The notes beneath the pieces were generated by a model. The model was not told the DNA's origin. It made no database searches and worked only from the letters and a program-made list of their open reading frames with translations. 64,000 bases of DNA, taken from the NCBI GenBank assembly GCA_963588325.1, contig CAVAFU010000011.1, positions 22,716 to 86,715 on the forward strand, given 5' to 3'. The translations under genes and the position numbers were made by a program. Positions 10,865 through 21,274 of this stretch are shown one piece after another (within the stretch, counting starts at the first letter, position 1; each line of letters opens with the position of its first letter). The DNA is from Oribacterium sp. GTDB lineage: Bacteria > Bacillota > Bacilli > Lactobacillales > Streptococcaceae.

Positions 10865-12091
10865 ATGAAAAAATTTAGGTCATCGTTTTTTCTATTATCT
10901 GAAGCTGCTGGGGTTGTAGCTAGTAGCGTTTATGGCTTAACGTTGTCATTCATTGTTCAGCGTTATGTGGATAGTCAATTTTTAAACAGTTTGGTTAGCA
11001 ATATCAGCGTGACATTGAGCATGCTGATGGCATTTTTTACGGGCTATATTGTTGATAAGAAATCACCGTGGAAGTTGATTTTGTTATCAGACTTGGTTTT
11101 GATACCACTATTTATCATCCCGATTTTTCTTTTTGAGGTTTCAATTCCGTTATTTCTGATTTCAATAGTCATTATTGATATGATTTCGATAGTTGTTTCG
11201 GAGTTAGATGAGATTTCAAGACCTGTTTATCTCAGCCTTATCACAACTAAAGAAAAATCCGTTTCGGTTTTACAGAGTATTAATATTGTTGATTCAGCTT
11301 TTGCTATTGTTGGCTATCTTTTTGTTTTTTTGACAATTTCTTTTCTCAAAATTAACACTTATTTTATTATCGTTAGTATTTGTTACCTTTTTAGTGCTGT
11401 ATTTATTTTTCATTTGCCAAAGGAAACGAAGAAAAAGCAGATTCTTTCTGAAACACAAGAAAGCTTTATTTTGGCATTAAGGGAATTATTGCAAGTGATT
11501 GTAAGGCTAAAACAAGTAGGTCTTTATCTTGCCAATCTTCTTTTTATGGTGAAAAATCAGATTGTCATGAGTCTTTTGATTTTTAGAATTGGACAGATTG
11601 ATAAGGGATTTACTCATATTCATATCATTGGCATCGGAATTTTGCTTAGTGTAGCAGGCGGTGCGGTGCTTAATAAGATTCTTTATTTAGCTAAGGTATC
11701 GGTAAGAAAAATTCTTGCGATATTATTAATTGCTTGTAGTGGGTATTTTACCTATCTTGTTGGTCATGCACAAACTGTTGAGCATTTCCTATTGTTTGGT
11801 TTAGCGATAGGAGCTATTTTTGGAACAGGTTTACCGTGTTTTGGGTTGCTTTCAGCAGAAAGAATGCTTGTAACCCCAGATAATCATCAAGGAAAATCAT
11901 TGTCCTTGTTACGGACAAGCTCGGTTGTTTTAACACTTAGTCTAACAGCTTGCTTTGCTATTGTTGAAAAGCTTTGCCATTTGACAACAATCTTTTTTGA
12001 CGGTAGTGCTGTTTTAGCCATAATATTGGTTTTGCTGTTTTTCACCTTACCATTTACGGAATTAAATAGTGTAAGGAAAAATAATAAGTAA
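10865..12091 (+). CDS. MFS transporter
   Basis: 408 aa, GYIVDKKS motif-A-like loop, ~12 TM. Confidence 0.8.
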   Translation: MKKFRSSFFLLSEAAGVVASSVYGLTLSFIVQRYVDSQFLNSLVSNISVTLSMLMAFFTGYIVDKKSPWKLILLSDLVLIPLFIIPIFLFEVSIPLFLISIVIIDMISIVVSELDEISRPVYLSLITTKEKSVSVLQSINIVDSAFAIVGYLFVFLTISFLKINTYFIIVSICYLFSAVFIFHLPKETKKKQILSETQESFILALRELLQVIVRLKQVGLYLANLLFMVKNQIVMSLLIFRIGQIDKGFTHIHIIGIGILLSVAGGAVLNKILYLAKVSVRKILAILLIACSGYFTYLVGHAQTVEHFLLFGLAIGAIFGTGLPCFGLLSAERMLVTPDNHQGKSLSLLRTSSVVLTLSLTACFAIVEKLCHLTTIFFDGSAVLAIILVLLFFTLPFTELNSVRKNNK

Positions 12092-12127
12092 ACTTTCTTT
12101 GTCTCTAGCAGGGAAAGTTTTTTTGAT
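12037..12127 (+). repeat. MFS2 3' end + terminator, copy 1
   Basis: ~91 bp near-identical to 13533-13625; includes AACTTTCTTTG..CAGGGAAAGTTTTTTT terminator. Confidence 0.85.
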
Positions 12128-12155
12128 AATATAAAAATCTTAGCTAAATAATGCA

Positions 12156-12233
12156 AAAAATGAGAATTTTTAGAAAAATATGCACTTATCCTTTAAAAGT
12201 GCGCTAAAGCGTGATAGAATAAGGGATAATTAA
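12156..12233 (+). repeat. Promoter-region repeat copy 2 (CodY box + extended -10)
   Basis: Near-identical to 9527-9604; AATTTTTAGAAAAAT at 12165. Confidence 0.85.
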
Positions 12234-12252
12234 AGGGAAAAAGGGAGAGAAT

Positions 12253-13533
12253 ATGAATAATAAATCGGGTGAGATTTCAGATAACGATTCAAATATCCAA
12301 ATTTTAAAATCTTTTATTAGTGATTTTATCAGTTCTCTGAGTAGTAAAAGTTTTAGTTTGGGATTGGGATTGATGTTGCTTGACCAGACTCACTCAGCAA
12401 TGAGTTTTGGAATAAATATGATTATCTCTCCGTTAGTGAGTCTAATTTTCTTAATTCCTATTGGAAATTTAGTTGATAAGTTTCAACACAAGAAAATTTT
12501 GTTGACGAATATTTTGATAAGGGTAGTGGCTTTAGCTATTTTCTTGCTAAGTTTATCTGTATTTTCTGGAAGCTCTATTATTTTCCCTACTCTTATTTTT
12601 GTTACGGTAAATGCGATAACAGTCAATGTTAGTGATACTTGTTATTCTGCTTCGGTACACGAACTTGTTAATGACAATAAAATTCAAAAGTTGAGTTCGG
12701 TTACACAAACAGCTATTGCGATATCAACAGTACTTTCTCCAGCTCTAGGCGTTGCTCTTTATAGTTGGGTAGGTTTTTCTGGTTTTATTTTAGTAGGAAT
12801 CATAGCAAATTTATTAGCTAGTGTAGTTGTGGCTAGTATGACTTTTTATTATGAGACAGGTAATGATAAGCAGACAAGTCAAGCAAAACTCGGTATCAAA
12901 AATCAACTGACAAACTTTAAAGAAAGCTTTGCATTTATTAAGAAAAATAGTGTTATTGTTTATATTATTCTTTTTAGCATTATTTTAAATTTCTTTTATA
13001 CCTCTCTTGTTATAGGGGTTCCGTTTATCATTAAACAACAATTCCATTTTGGAAATGCGACAGTTGGCTTGTTAGAAACGGCATCAGCTGTTGGAATGCT
13101 TATTGGTAGTATTGGCTTATCTTTATTACCAGATAGAAAGAAGGAAGGGCGTGGTCTTTTTCTGAGTATCGCTATTCCTTTATTAATTTTAGATTTACAA
13201 ATTATTGTCTTAGGGGTAGTTTTTACAATTTTTAAAACGCAACAGATGATTTCCGTTTTTGGCAGCCTTTCTATAGGTATTGTCGCCCTATCTCTCGTTA
13301 TTTTAAATATCATCGTACAAGCTTATCTTCAGAGCATTATACCAACGAAATTTTTAGGAAGAGTCATGGGGACACTTTTTGCTGCTAATACCTCAATTAT
13401 GCCTATTGGAACGCTTATTTTTACTTATACTTTTCAAAATTTAAGTAGTGGAGGAGTCATTTTTATATTTAGTGGTGTGATATTGTTTATATATACCTTG
13501 TTGTTACTTCCAAAACTCCGTCCCTTACTTTAG
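12253..13533 (+). CDS. MFS transporter (DHA3/MefA-like)
   Basis: GNLVDKFQHKK motif A, IPTKFLGRVMG C-terminal motif. Confidence 0.85.
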   Translation: MNNKSGEISDNDSNIQILKSFISDFISSLSSKSFSLGLGLMLLDQTHSAMSFGINMIISPLVSLIFLIPIGNLVDKFQHKKILLTNILIRVVALAIFLLSLSVFSGSSIIFPTLIFVTVNAITVNVSDTCYSASVHELVNDNKIQKLSSVTQTAIAISTVLSPALGVALYSWVGFSGFILVGIIANLLASVVVASMTFYYETGNDKQTSQAKLGIKNQLTNFKESFAFIKKNSVIVYIILFSIILNFFYTSLVIGVPFIIKQQFHFGNATVGLLETASAVGMLIGSIGLSLLPDRKKEGRGLFLSIAIPLLILDLQIIVLGVVFTIFKTQQMISVFGSLSIGIVALSLVILNIIVQAYLQSIIPTKFLGRVMGTLFAANTSIMPIGTLIFTYTFQNLSSGGVIFIFSGVILFIYTLLLLPKLRPLL

Positions 13534-13625
13534 TTTTTCACCCTACCATTTACGGAATTAAATAGTGTAAGGAAAAATAGTGATAAGTAACTTTCTTTGT
13601 CTCTGGCAGGGAAAGTTTTTTTGAT
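13533..13625 (+). repeat. MFS2 3' end + terminator, copy 2 (orphan remnant after MFS3)
   Basis: Reads FFTLPFTELNSVRKN like the MFS2 C-terminus, followed by the same terminator. Confidence 0.85.
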
Positions 13626-13682
13626 GGATGGCTTTTATGTTATAATATGAAGATGATTTAATACAGATAAAAAGGAGACAAA

Positions 13683-14129
13683 ATGAGTAAAATTAGAGGA
13701 TTTGAATTGGTTTCGCAATTTACAGATGAGGCATTGCTTCCAAAGCGTGAAACAGCGCATGCGGCTGGGTATGATTTGAAAGCGGCTGTGACAACAGAAA
13801 TCGCACCTGGTGAGATTAAATTAGTGCCAACTGGTGTCAAAGCTTACATGCAAGCTGGTGAGGTGCTTTATCTTTTTGACCGTTCATCAAATCCGCGTAA
13901 AAAAGGTTTAGTTTTGATTAATTCAGTAGGTGTCATTGATGGTGATTATTATGGCAATCCAGCCAATGAAGGTCATATCTTTGCACAAATGAAAAATATC
14001 ACTGATGAGACTGTTGTGGTCGAAGCTGATGAACGCATTGTTCAAGGTGTTTTCATGCCTTTCTTAGTTGCTGATGGTGACGAAGCAGACGGCGTACGTA
14101 CAGGTGGCTTTGGGTCAACAGGGAAATAA
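13683..14129 (+). CDS. dut: dUTP diphosphatase
   Basis: AGYDL, RSS, GVIDGDYYG, RTGGFGSTG motifs. Confidence 0.96.
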   Translation: MSKIRGFELVSQFTDEALLPKRETAHAAGYDLKAAVTTEIAPGEIKLVPTGVKAYMQAGEVLYLFDRSSNPRKKGLVLINSVGVIDGDYYGNPANEGHIFAQMKNITDETVVVEADERIVQGVFMPFLVADGDEADGVRTGGFGSTGK

Positions 14130-14159
14130 GCTACGTTTGCGGGTTGATAGGAGATTTTT

Positions 14160-14693
14160 ATGAGAGTAATATTTGTTCGACATTCTGAACCAGATTATTC
14201 TATGTTAGATAGGTGTGAGAGACCTGAAAGCTATAGTGGTTTTGGACGTGATTTGGCACCGTTGACTGAACATGGTCGGCATTTAGCACGAGAGCTTGCT
14301 AAAAAAGAGGTATTTCAATCTGCTGACGTCATTATCTCATCTTCGATAACTCGCGCACTTGAAACGGCAACTTATATCGCACGTGAAACTGGCTTGGACC
14401 TTTTAGTTGAGCCTTTCTTTCATGAGTGGCGACCTGATTTAATGGGTTCCAATAATAGTGTTGAAGCTGTAGTGGAGGCTTCAAAAACTTTTTGGAAAAA
14501 CAATGGAAGATTACCAGAAAATTCTTGCTATCGATATGAGACAGCAGAGCAAGTTAAGCAACGTTTTCTAGCCGCTTTAGAAAAGTACCGTGGATATGAC
14601 ACGGTTATCATCGTGACCCACGGTATGCTAATGCGCCAATTTGTTTTTCAGGAAGAAATTGCTTATGGTGAAATATTAACAGTAGATTTATAA
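14160..14693 (+). CDS. Histidine phosphatase (PGM-like) family protein
   Basis: VRHSE N-terminal and VTHG motifs. Confidence 0.88.
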   Translation: MRVIFVRHSEPDYSMLDRCERPESYSGFGRDLAPLTEHGRHLARELAKKEVFQSADVIISSSITRALETATYIARETGLDLLVEPFFHEWRPDLMGSNNSVEAVVEASKTFWKNNGRLPENSCYRYETAEQVKQRFLAALEKYRGYDTVIIVTHGMLMRQFVFQEEIAYGEILTVDL

Positions 14694-14710
14694 GTAGGAG
14701 GTAATGGGCT

Positions 14711-16072
14711 ATCGCTAAGAAAAAAACAACATTTATTTGTCAGGAGTGTGGCTATCATTCTCCAAAATATTTGGGACGTTGTCCGAATTGTTCGTCCTGG
14801 ACGTCTTTTGTTGAAGAAGTTGAGGTGCAAGAGGTTAAAAATGCGCGTGTCAGCTTGACGGGTGAAAAGAGTAAACCAACTAAGTTAAAAGACGTTAGCT
14901 CGATTAATTATTCACGCACAAAGACAGACATGGACGAGTTCAATCGTGTGCTTGGTGGCGGTGTGGTGCCAGGTAGTTTGGTGCTTATCGGTGGTGACCC
15001 TGGTATCGGAAAATCAACGCTTCTTTTGCAAGTGTCTATTCAACTTGCGGATAAGGGAACAGTTCTTTACGTTTCTGGGGAAGAATCAGCAGAGCAGATT
15101 AAACTGCGTAGTGAACGTCTCGGTGACATTGATAATGAATTTTACCTTTATGCTGAAACGAATATGCAAGCCATTCGCGCGCAGATTGAGCAAATTCAGC
15201 CTGATTTCTTGATTATTGATTCGATTCAGACAATTATGAGCCCTGATATTTCTGGGGTTCAAGGGTCAGTATCACAAGTACGTGAAGTGACCGCAGAATT
15301 GATGCAACTGGCTAAGACAAATAATATTGCAACCTTTATCGTTGGTCACGTGACTAAGGAAGGACAGCTTGCTGGACCACGTATGCTTGAGCATATGGTG
15401 GATACGGTGCTTTATTTTGAAGGTGAACGTCATCATACTTTTCGTATTTTACGTGCTGTGAAAAATCGTTTTGGGTCAACTAACGAAATCGGCATTTTTG
15501 AAATGCAATCTGGCGGTCTTGTCGAAGTGCTCAATCCGAGCCAAGTTTTCTTAGAAGAACGTTTAGATGGTGCAACGGGGTCAGCTATCGTGGTTACCAT
15601 GGAAGGAAGTCGTCCAATTTTGGCAGAAGTCCAAGCTTTGGTAACACCGACAGTCTTTGGAAATGCCAAACGCACCACAACGGGTCTTGATTTCAACCGT
15701 GTTAGTTTGATTATGGCGGTACTTGAAAAACGTTGCGGGCTTTTATTGCAAAATCAAGATGCTTATTTGAAATCGGCTGGTGGGGTTAAATTAGACGAAC
15801 CAGCGATTGATTTGTCAGTAGCGGTAGCTATCGCGTCAAGCTATAAAGAAAAGCCAACAAATCCACAGGAAGCTTTCATTGGTGAAATTGGTTTGACAGG
15901 TGAAATTCGTCGTGTGACTCGTATTGAACAACGTATCAATGAAGCTGCTAAACTTGGATTTACCAAAGTGTATGCTCCGAAAAATTCTTTAGCAGGTATT
16001 GATATCCCAGACAATATTCAAGTTGTCGGCGTGACAACTGTTGGTGAAGTTCTTAAAAAAGTTTTTGCGTAA
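14711..16072 (+). CDS. radA: DNA repair protein RadA/Sms (probable ATC start)
   Basis: CQEC..CPNC zinc finger, GDPGIGKST Walker A, KNRFG motif; AGGAGGT RBS 8 nt before ATC 14711. Confidence 0.95.
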   Translation: MAKKKTTFICQECGYHSPKYLGRCPNCSSWTSFVEEVEVQEVKNARVSLTGEKSKPTKLKDVSSINYSRTKTDMDEFNRVLGGGVVPGSLVLIGGDPGIGKSTLLLQVSIQLADKGTVLYVSGEESAEQIKLRSERLGDIDNEFYLYAETNMQAIRAQIEQIQPDFLIIDSIQTIMSPDISGVQGSVSQVREVTAELMQLAKTNNIATFIVGHVTKEGQLAGPRMLEHMVDTVLYFEGERHHTFRILRAVKNRFGSTNEIGIFEMQSGGLVEVLNPSQVFLEERLDGATGSAIVVTMEGSRPILAEVQALVTPTVFGNAKRTTTGLDFNRVSLIMAVLEKRCGLLLQNQDAYLKSAGGVKLDEPAIDLSVAVAIASSYKEKPTNPQEAFIGEIGLTGEIRRVTRIEQRINEAAKLGFTKVYAPKNSLAGIDIPDNIQVVGVTTVGEVLKKVFA

Positions 16073-16194
16073 AAAGTGGGAGATGATTTCCACTTTTTTA
16101 TTTACCCATTTAAAGTCGTTTTAGGCGACAAGTGCTGTGAAAAATGATAAGATGAGAAAAACTTTATGAGCCTCATGGCTGAGGAGGACGTTTG

Positions 16195-16689
16195 ATGTCT
16201 TATTTTGAAAATTTCTTAAAAACTAACCAAGCTTATGCTGATTTACATGGGACAGAGCATTTGCCACAGAAACCTAAAACACACGTTGCCATTGTGACTT
16301 GCATGGATTCACGTTTGCATGTGGCGCAAGCTTTGGGACTGGCTCTTGGTGATGCTCACATTTTACGAAATGCAGGTGGTCGTGTAACAGAGGATGTCAT
16401 TCGTTCTTTGGTGATTTCTCAACAACAGTTAGGCACACGTGAAATCGTGGTGCTTCATCACACAGATTGCGGTGCACAAAGTTTTACCAATGAAGCTTTT
16501 GCGGCGCAGTTAGCGCGTGATTTGGGTGTTGATGTATCTGATAAAGATTTCCTTCCGTTTGCGGATGTTGAAGAAAGTGTCCGTGAGGATATTGCCATTT
16601 TGCGAAATTCTCCTTTGATTCCAGATGATGTTGTGATTTCGGGTGCTGTTTACGATGTGGACACAGGACGGATGAGAGAAGTAAAATGA
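16195..16689 (+). CDS. Beta-class carbonic anhydrase
   Basis: TCMDSR, RNAGG, HHTDCG motifs. Confidence 0.93.
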   Translation: MSYFENFLKTNQAYADLHGTEHLPQKPKTHVAIVTCMDSRLHVAQALGLALGDAHILRNAGGRVTEDVIRSLVISQQQLGTREIVVLHHTDCGAQSFTNEAFAAQLARDLGVDVSDKDFLPFADVEESVREDIAILRNSPLIPDDVVISGAVYDVDTGRMREVK

Positions 16690-16748
16690 AAACGATTGCT
16701 GAATCAATTTAAAAGTAGTATAATGTGGCGAGAAAAGGAGGACTGAAA

Positions 16749-17675
16749 ATGCGATATATCAAATTTGGTGAGCGTGAAACAGAAGTTTCAGAAGTCATCT
16801 TAGGTTTAATGCGAATTTCAGAAATGACAGTTGATCAAGTCGAAGAATTGATTGAATCAGCTCTTGCAGTTGGTATTAATGCCTTTGATATTGCGGATTG
16901 TTACTCTAACGGAAAATGTGAAGCTATTCTAGGTGAGGTTTTGAAACGTCGTCCAGATTTACGTGAAAAAATGTGGATTCAATCGAAATGTGGTATCCGA
17001 AATGAAGAATTTACTTATTTTGATTTTTCTAAGGAGCATATTTTAGAAGCTGTTGACGGTATTTTAAAACGCCTTAATGTTGATTATATTGACTCTTTGT
17101 TGCTCCATCGTCCAGATGCTCTGATGGAACCAGAAGAAATTGCGGAAGCTTTTGATATTCTGAAAAAACAAGGTAAAGTTATTGATTTTGGGGTATCTAA
17201 TCAAAATCCGATGATGATGGAATTGATTAAAAAAGATGTGAAACAGCCTTTGGTGACAAATCAATTGCAACTTAGTGCTGCCTTTACACCAAGCTTGGAT
17301 GCTGGTTTTCACGTTAATATGAATCAACCAGCGGGAATTGTGCGTGACAGTAGTATTTTTGAATATTGTCGTTTGCATGACGTGGTTATTCAAGCGTGGT
17401 CAGTTTTGCAGTTTGATTATTTTGGTGGTGTTTTCTTAGGTTCGGATAAATATCCTGAGTTGAACAAAGTTTTGGAACGCTTAGCTGCTAAATATCAAGT
17501 AACTCCATCGGCAATTGCAATTGCTTGGGTGTTGCGTTATCCTGCTAAAATGCAAGCTGTCATTGGAACAACTAAACCTTCTCGTATAGCGGAATCAGCC
17601 AAAGCAACAGATGTGACGCTAACGAAAAAAGAATGGTATGAAATCTATCTAGCGGCAGGAAATGATTTGCCATAA
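16749..17675 (+). CDS. Aldo/keto reductase (YdhF-like)
   Basis: DIADCY, SKCG, LLHRPD, GVSN motifs; AAGGAGG RBS. Confidence 0.9.
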   Translation: MRYIKFGERETEVSEVILGLMRISEMTVDQVEELIESALAVGINAFDIADCYSNGKCEAILGEVLKRRPDLREKMWIQSKCGIRNEEFTYFDFSKEHILEAVDGILKRLNVDYIDSLLLHRPDALMEPEEIAEAFDILKKQGKVIDFGVSNQNPMMMELIKKDVKQPLVTNQLQLSAAFTPSLDAGFHVNMNQPAGIVRDSSIFEYCRLHDVVIQAWSVLQFDYFGGVFLGSDKYPELNKVLERLAAKYQVTPSAIAIAWVLRYPAKMQAVIGTTKPSRIAESAKATDVTLTKKEWYEIYLAAGNDLP

Positions 17676-17794
17676 TAAAATTTGAGGTAAGCTTAGGCTT
17701 GCCTTTTTAGTTGACATTCAATGCTAAAAAAGATATGATTTTCCGTATTAATGAGATGGTGTCATTGCCATTTAAACATAACGAGGAGTCTGTC

Positions 17795-18289
17795 ATGAGA
17801 AGCTTTGAAATCAAACAAAAACTTTGGTCATTAGCTGGAAAGTTTGATATTAATGATGAGGAAGGGTATTTGGCTTACCATGTCCAAGGCTCGTTCTTAA
17901 AATTTTTAAAGGAATTCACGATTTCTGATAGTCAAGGTCAGTTTGTTAGTCATATCAAACATCATTTTAGCTTTCCATTTCAGCGCTTTACGGTAACTTT
18001 TGCGGATGGCAAACAGATTACAATTCAACAACGTTTTTCATTGTTCAAAGCTAAATATGATATTTCTGATTTTGGCTTGGAAGTGGCTGGAGATATTTGG
18101 AACATGAATTTTAGCCTGCTTGACCAAGGACGTGAAGTGGCAAGTATTCATCAAAAATGGTTCAAGATAGCTTCTACTTATCAGGTTGATATTTATGATG
18201 ATAATCTTGCGGATTTAGTGATTTCACTAGTGATTGCTATCGATTATGTCAAAGCAATTGAATCATCAAGCAGCTCTGCCTCAAGCTGA
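17795..18289 (+). CDS. LURP-one/scramblase (Tubby C-like) family protein
   Basis: IKQKLWSL..F.I.D pattern and LVIAIDY C-terminus; GAGGAG RBS before ATG 17795. Confidence 0.75.
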   Translation: MRSFEIKQKLWSLAGKFDINDEEGYLAYHVQGSFLKFLKEFTISDSQGQFVSHIKHHFSFPFQRFTVTFADGKQITIQQRFSLFKAKYDISDFGLEVAGDIWNMNFSLLDQGREVASIHQKWFKIASTYQVDIYDDNLADLVISLVIAIDYVKAIESSSSSASS

Positions 18290-18415
18290 TTATGAAGTTA
18301 GAAAAATACAGTGAATTAGAATACCTAGAAAATCAGCTGTTTTCGGCTGATTTTTTGTGCCATATTTAAATATTGTGCTATAATAGGAATGATTGAAATT
18401 CAACAGGAGACGAAA

Positions 18416-19873
18416 ATGCCTAAGAAAATTCGCGTGCGTTATGCACCAAGTCCAACAGGACTTTTACACATCGGAAATGCGCGTACTGCGCTCTTTAATT
18501 ATCTTTACGCTCGTCACCATGGTGGTGATTTTGTTATCCGTATCGAAGATACTGACCGTAAACGTCATGTCGAAGACGGTGAACGTTCACAATTGGAAAA
18601 CCTTAAATGGTTGGGAATGGACTGGGATGAAAGCCCACAAACTCATGAAAAATACCGCCAATCAGAACGTTTAGACATTTACCAAAAATACATCGACCAA
18701 TTGTTGGCAGAAGGTAAAGCTTATAAATCATACGTTACTGAAGAAGAATTAGCTGCAGAACGTGAACGCCAAGAAGCTGCTGGTGAAACACCACGCTATG
18801 TTAACGAATTCCTTGGTATGTCTGAAGACGAAAAAGCTGCTTATATTGCAGAACGTGAAGCTAAAGGAATCGTTCCAACTGTTCGTTTGGCAGTTAACGA
18901 ATCTGGTATTTATAAATGGCACGATATCGTTAAAGGCGACATCGAATTTGAAGGTGGAAACATCGGTGGTGACTGGGTTATCCAGAAAAAAGATGGTTAC
19001 CCAACATATAACTTTGCCGTTGTTATTGATGACCATTTGATGGAAATTTCTCACGTTATCCGTGGAGATGACCATATCGCAAACACACCAAAACAATTGA
19101 TGGTTTACGAAGCACTTGGTTGGGAAGCACCAGAATTTGGTCACATGACATTGATTATCAACTCTGAAACTGGTAAAAAATTGTCAAAACGTGACACAAA
19201 TACTCTTCAATTCATCGAAGACTACCGTAAAAAAGGTTACATGCCAGAAGCAGTCTTTAACTTTATCGCTCTTCTTGGTTGGAACCCAGGTGGTGAAGAT
19301 GAAATCTTCTCACGTGAAGAATTAATCAACCTCTTTGATGAACACCGTTTGAGCAAATCTCCAGCTGCCTTTGACCAAAAGAAAATGGACTGGATGAGCA
19401 ACGAATACATCAAAAATGCAGATTTCGATACAATCTTTGCAATGGCTAAACCATTCTTGGAAGAAGCTGGTCGTTTGACTGACAAAGCTGAAAAATTGGT
19501 TGAACTTTACAAACCACAAATGAAATCTGTTGATGAAATTATTCCATTGACTGATTTGTTCTTTGAAGATTTCCCAGAATTGACAGATGCTGAAAAAGAA
19601 TTCATGGCTGGTGAAACAGTTCCAACAGTTCTTGAAGCCTTCAAAGCAAAACTTGAAGCAATGAGTGATGAAGATTTCAAATCAGAAAACATCTTCCCAC
19701 AAATCAAAGCTGTTCAAAAAGAAACTGGTATCAAAGGTAAAAACCTCTTCATGCCAATTCGTATCGCCGTTTCAGGTGAAATGCACGGTCCAGAACTTCC
19801 AGATACTATCTACCTTCTTGGTCGTGAAAAATCAATTGAACACATTGATAACATGCTTAAAAACTTGAAATAA
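18416..19873 (+). CDS. gltX: Glutamate--tRNA ligase
   Basis: [17 protein letters not shown] motifs. Confidence 0.97.
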   Translation: MPKKIRVRYAPSPTGLLHIGNARTALFNYLYARHHGGDFVIRIEDTDRKRHVEDGERSQLENLKWLGMDWDESPQTHEKYRQSERLDIYQKYIDQLLAEGKAYKSYVTEEELAAERERQEAAGETPRYVNEFLGMSEDEKAAYIAEREAKGIVPTVRLAVNESGIYKWHDIVKGDIEFEGGNIGGDWVIQKKDGYPTYNFAVVIDDHLMEISHVIRGDDHIANTPKQLMVYEALGWEAPEFGHMTLIINSETGKKLSKRDTNTLQFIEDYRKKGYMPEAVFNFIALLGWNPGGEDEIFSREELINLFDEHRLSKSPAAFDQKKMDWMSNEYIKNADFDTIFAMAKPFLEEAGRLTDKAEKLVELYKPQMKSVDEIIPLTDLFFEDFPELTDAEKEFMAGETVPTVLEAFKAKLEAMSDEDFKSENIFPQIKAVQKETGIKGKNLFMPIRIAVSGEMHGPELPDTIYLLGREKSIEHIDNMLKNLK

Positions 19874-19881
19874 TAGATTAC

Positions 19882-19920
19882 AATGAGTTTGGAACAGACG
19901 TTCCAGACTCATTTTCTTTT
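19882..19920 (+). terminator. Intrinsic terminator after gltX
   Basis: AATGAGTTTGGAAC/GTTCCAGACTCATT plus U-tract. Confidence 0.75.
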
Positions 19921-20061
19921 ATCGATAAATTATGAATTTTGAGAAAAATTTCATTTTAAAGAAAAAACGTTTTCTTTGATATTGCCTATTCTAAACCTGA
20001 ATGCTTCTTGCTATAATGATTTAAAAAATCGTTTATTATAAATTTAATTAGGAGGAATGAT

Positions 20062-21228
20062 ATGAAAAAAGACTATTCTATCTTTTTTGTTCCAGGGATT
20101 GTTTTGGTAGGGGCTGTTTTGCGTATCCCTTTTACCACAATTCCAACTGTCCTAAGCTATGTTGCGGATGGTTTAGGCGTTTCGGTTAATTCGTTAGGAA
20201 TTTTAACGAGTATTCCATTGATTATGTTTGCCTTTTGCTCATCTTTGGCACCGCGTTTGGCAGACAAATTTGGGCTTGAAAGATTATTCACTTTGGTATT
20301 GGTAGCTATGTTTATTGGTTCAAGCATACGTGTGATTAATTTGCCAAGTCTTTATATCGGTACAATGATTATCGGGGTTAGCATTGCGATGATAAATGTC
20401 TTGCTACCAAGTATCATCTTGACTAATCAACCTTTGCGCATTGGAATTTTGACAACGGTTTATACGACAGCTATGGGCTTAGCTTCTTCAGTTGCCTCTT
20501 CTGTAGCCGTGCCGATTGTTAAAATGACATCATGGAAAGGGTTGATTCTGATTCTTAGTTTCTTTATTCTGTTAGCTTTGCTGGTTTGGTTCCCAAATAC
20601 ATTTTACAATCATGTGACTGAAAAAGATAAAGAAGAACACGCTGGGTCACTTTGGAAAAACAAGCGTGCGCTGGCATTGCTTGTGTTTGGTGGTTTGCAA
20701 TCACTTCTTTTCTACACAGGGATGACATGGTTACCAACAATGGCAAGTCAAGCTGGTGTATCAAGTGAAGCGGCAGGAATTCTAGCTTCTATTTATTCAC
20801 TGATTAGTTTGCCGTTCTCAATGACAATTCCAACGTTGACAACAAATTTATCGGCTAAAAACCGTAAAATTATGCTAGCTATTGTGTCGGCTTGTGGTAT
20901 TGTGGGAACTGGGATGCTATTATTCCAAACAAGCAGTTTTGCTTATTGGTTGACAGTTAATATCTTGATTGGTATCGCAGTTAGTGCACTTTTCCCATAT
21001 TTGCTTGTTGCTTTCTCAATGAAATCCAACACACCAAGTCAAACCGCTCAGTTGTCTGGTATGGTACAATCAGGTGGCTATTTCTTAGCAGCTTTCGGAC
21101 CAACGCTCTTTGGTTATAGCTTTGATCTCTTCGGGTCATGGACGGTAGCAGCACTTTGTCTTCTCATCTGTACAATTGTGATGACAATAGCCCTCTTTTA
21201 CACAGAACGCTTTGATAAGATTTTATAA
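20062..21228 (+). CDS. CynX/NimT family MFS transporter
   Basis: LRIPFTT N-terminal motif, SGMVQSGGY motif. Confidence 0.85.
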   Translation: MKKDYSIFFVPGIVLVGAVLRIPFTTIPTVLSYVADGLGVSVNSLGILTSIPLIMFAFCSSLAPRLADKFGLERLFTLVLVAMFIGSSIRVINLPSLYIGTMIIGVSIAMINVLLPSIILTNQPLRIGILTTVYTTAMGLASSVASSVAVPIVKMTSWKGLILILSFFILLALLVWFPNTFYNHVTEKDKEEHAGSLWKNKRALALLVFGGLQSLLFYTGMTWLPTMASQAGVSSEAAGILASIYSLISLPFSMTIPTLTTNLSAKNRKIMLAIVSACGIVGTGMLLFQTSSFAYWLTVNILIGIAVSALFPYLLVAFSMKSNTPSQTAQLSGMVQSGGYFLAAFGPTLFGYSFDLFGSWTVAALCLLICTIVMTIALFYTERFDKIL

Positions 21229-21274
21229 TACATGAAAAACTCTCCTTAGCTTGTCTAGGGAGAGTTTTGTGTTT

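Noticed and set aside
18290..18415. T-box before gltX
   Set aside because: No T-box consensus; the hairpin at ~18328-18356 is the upstream gene's terminator
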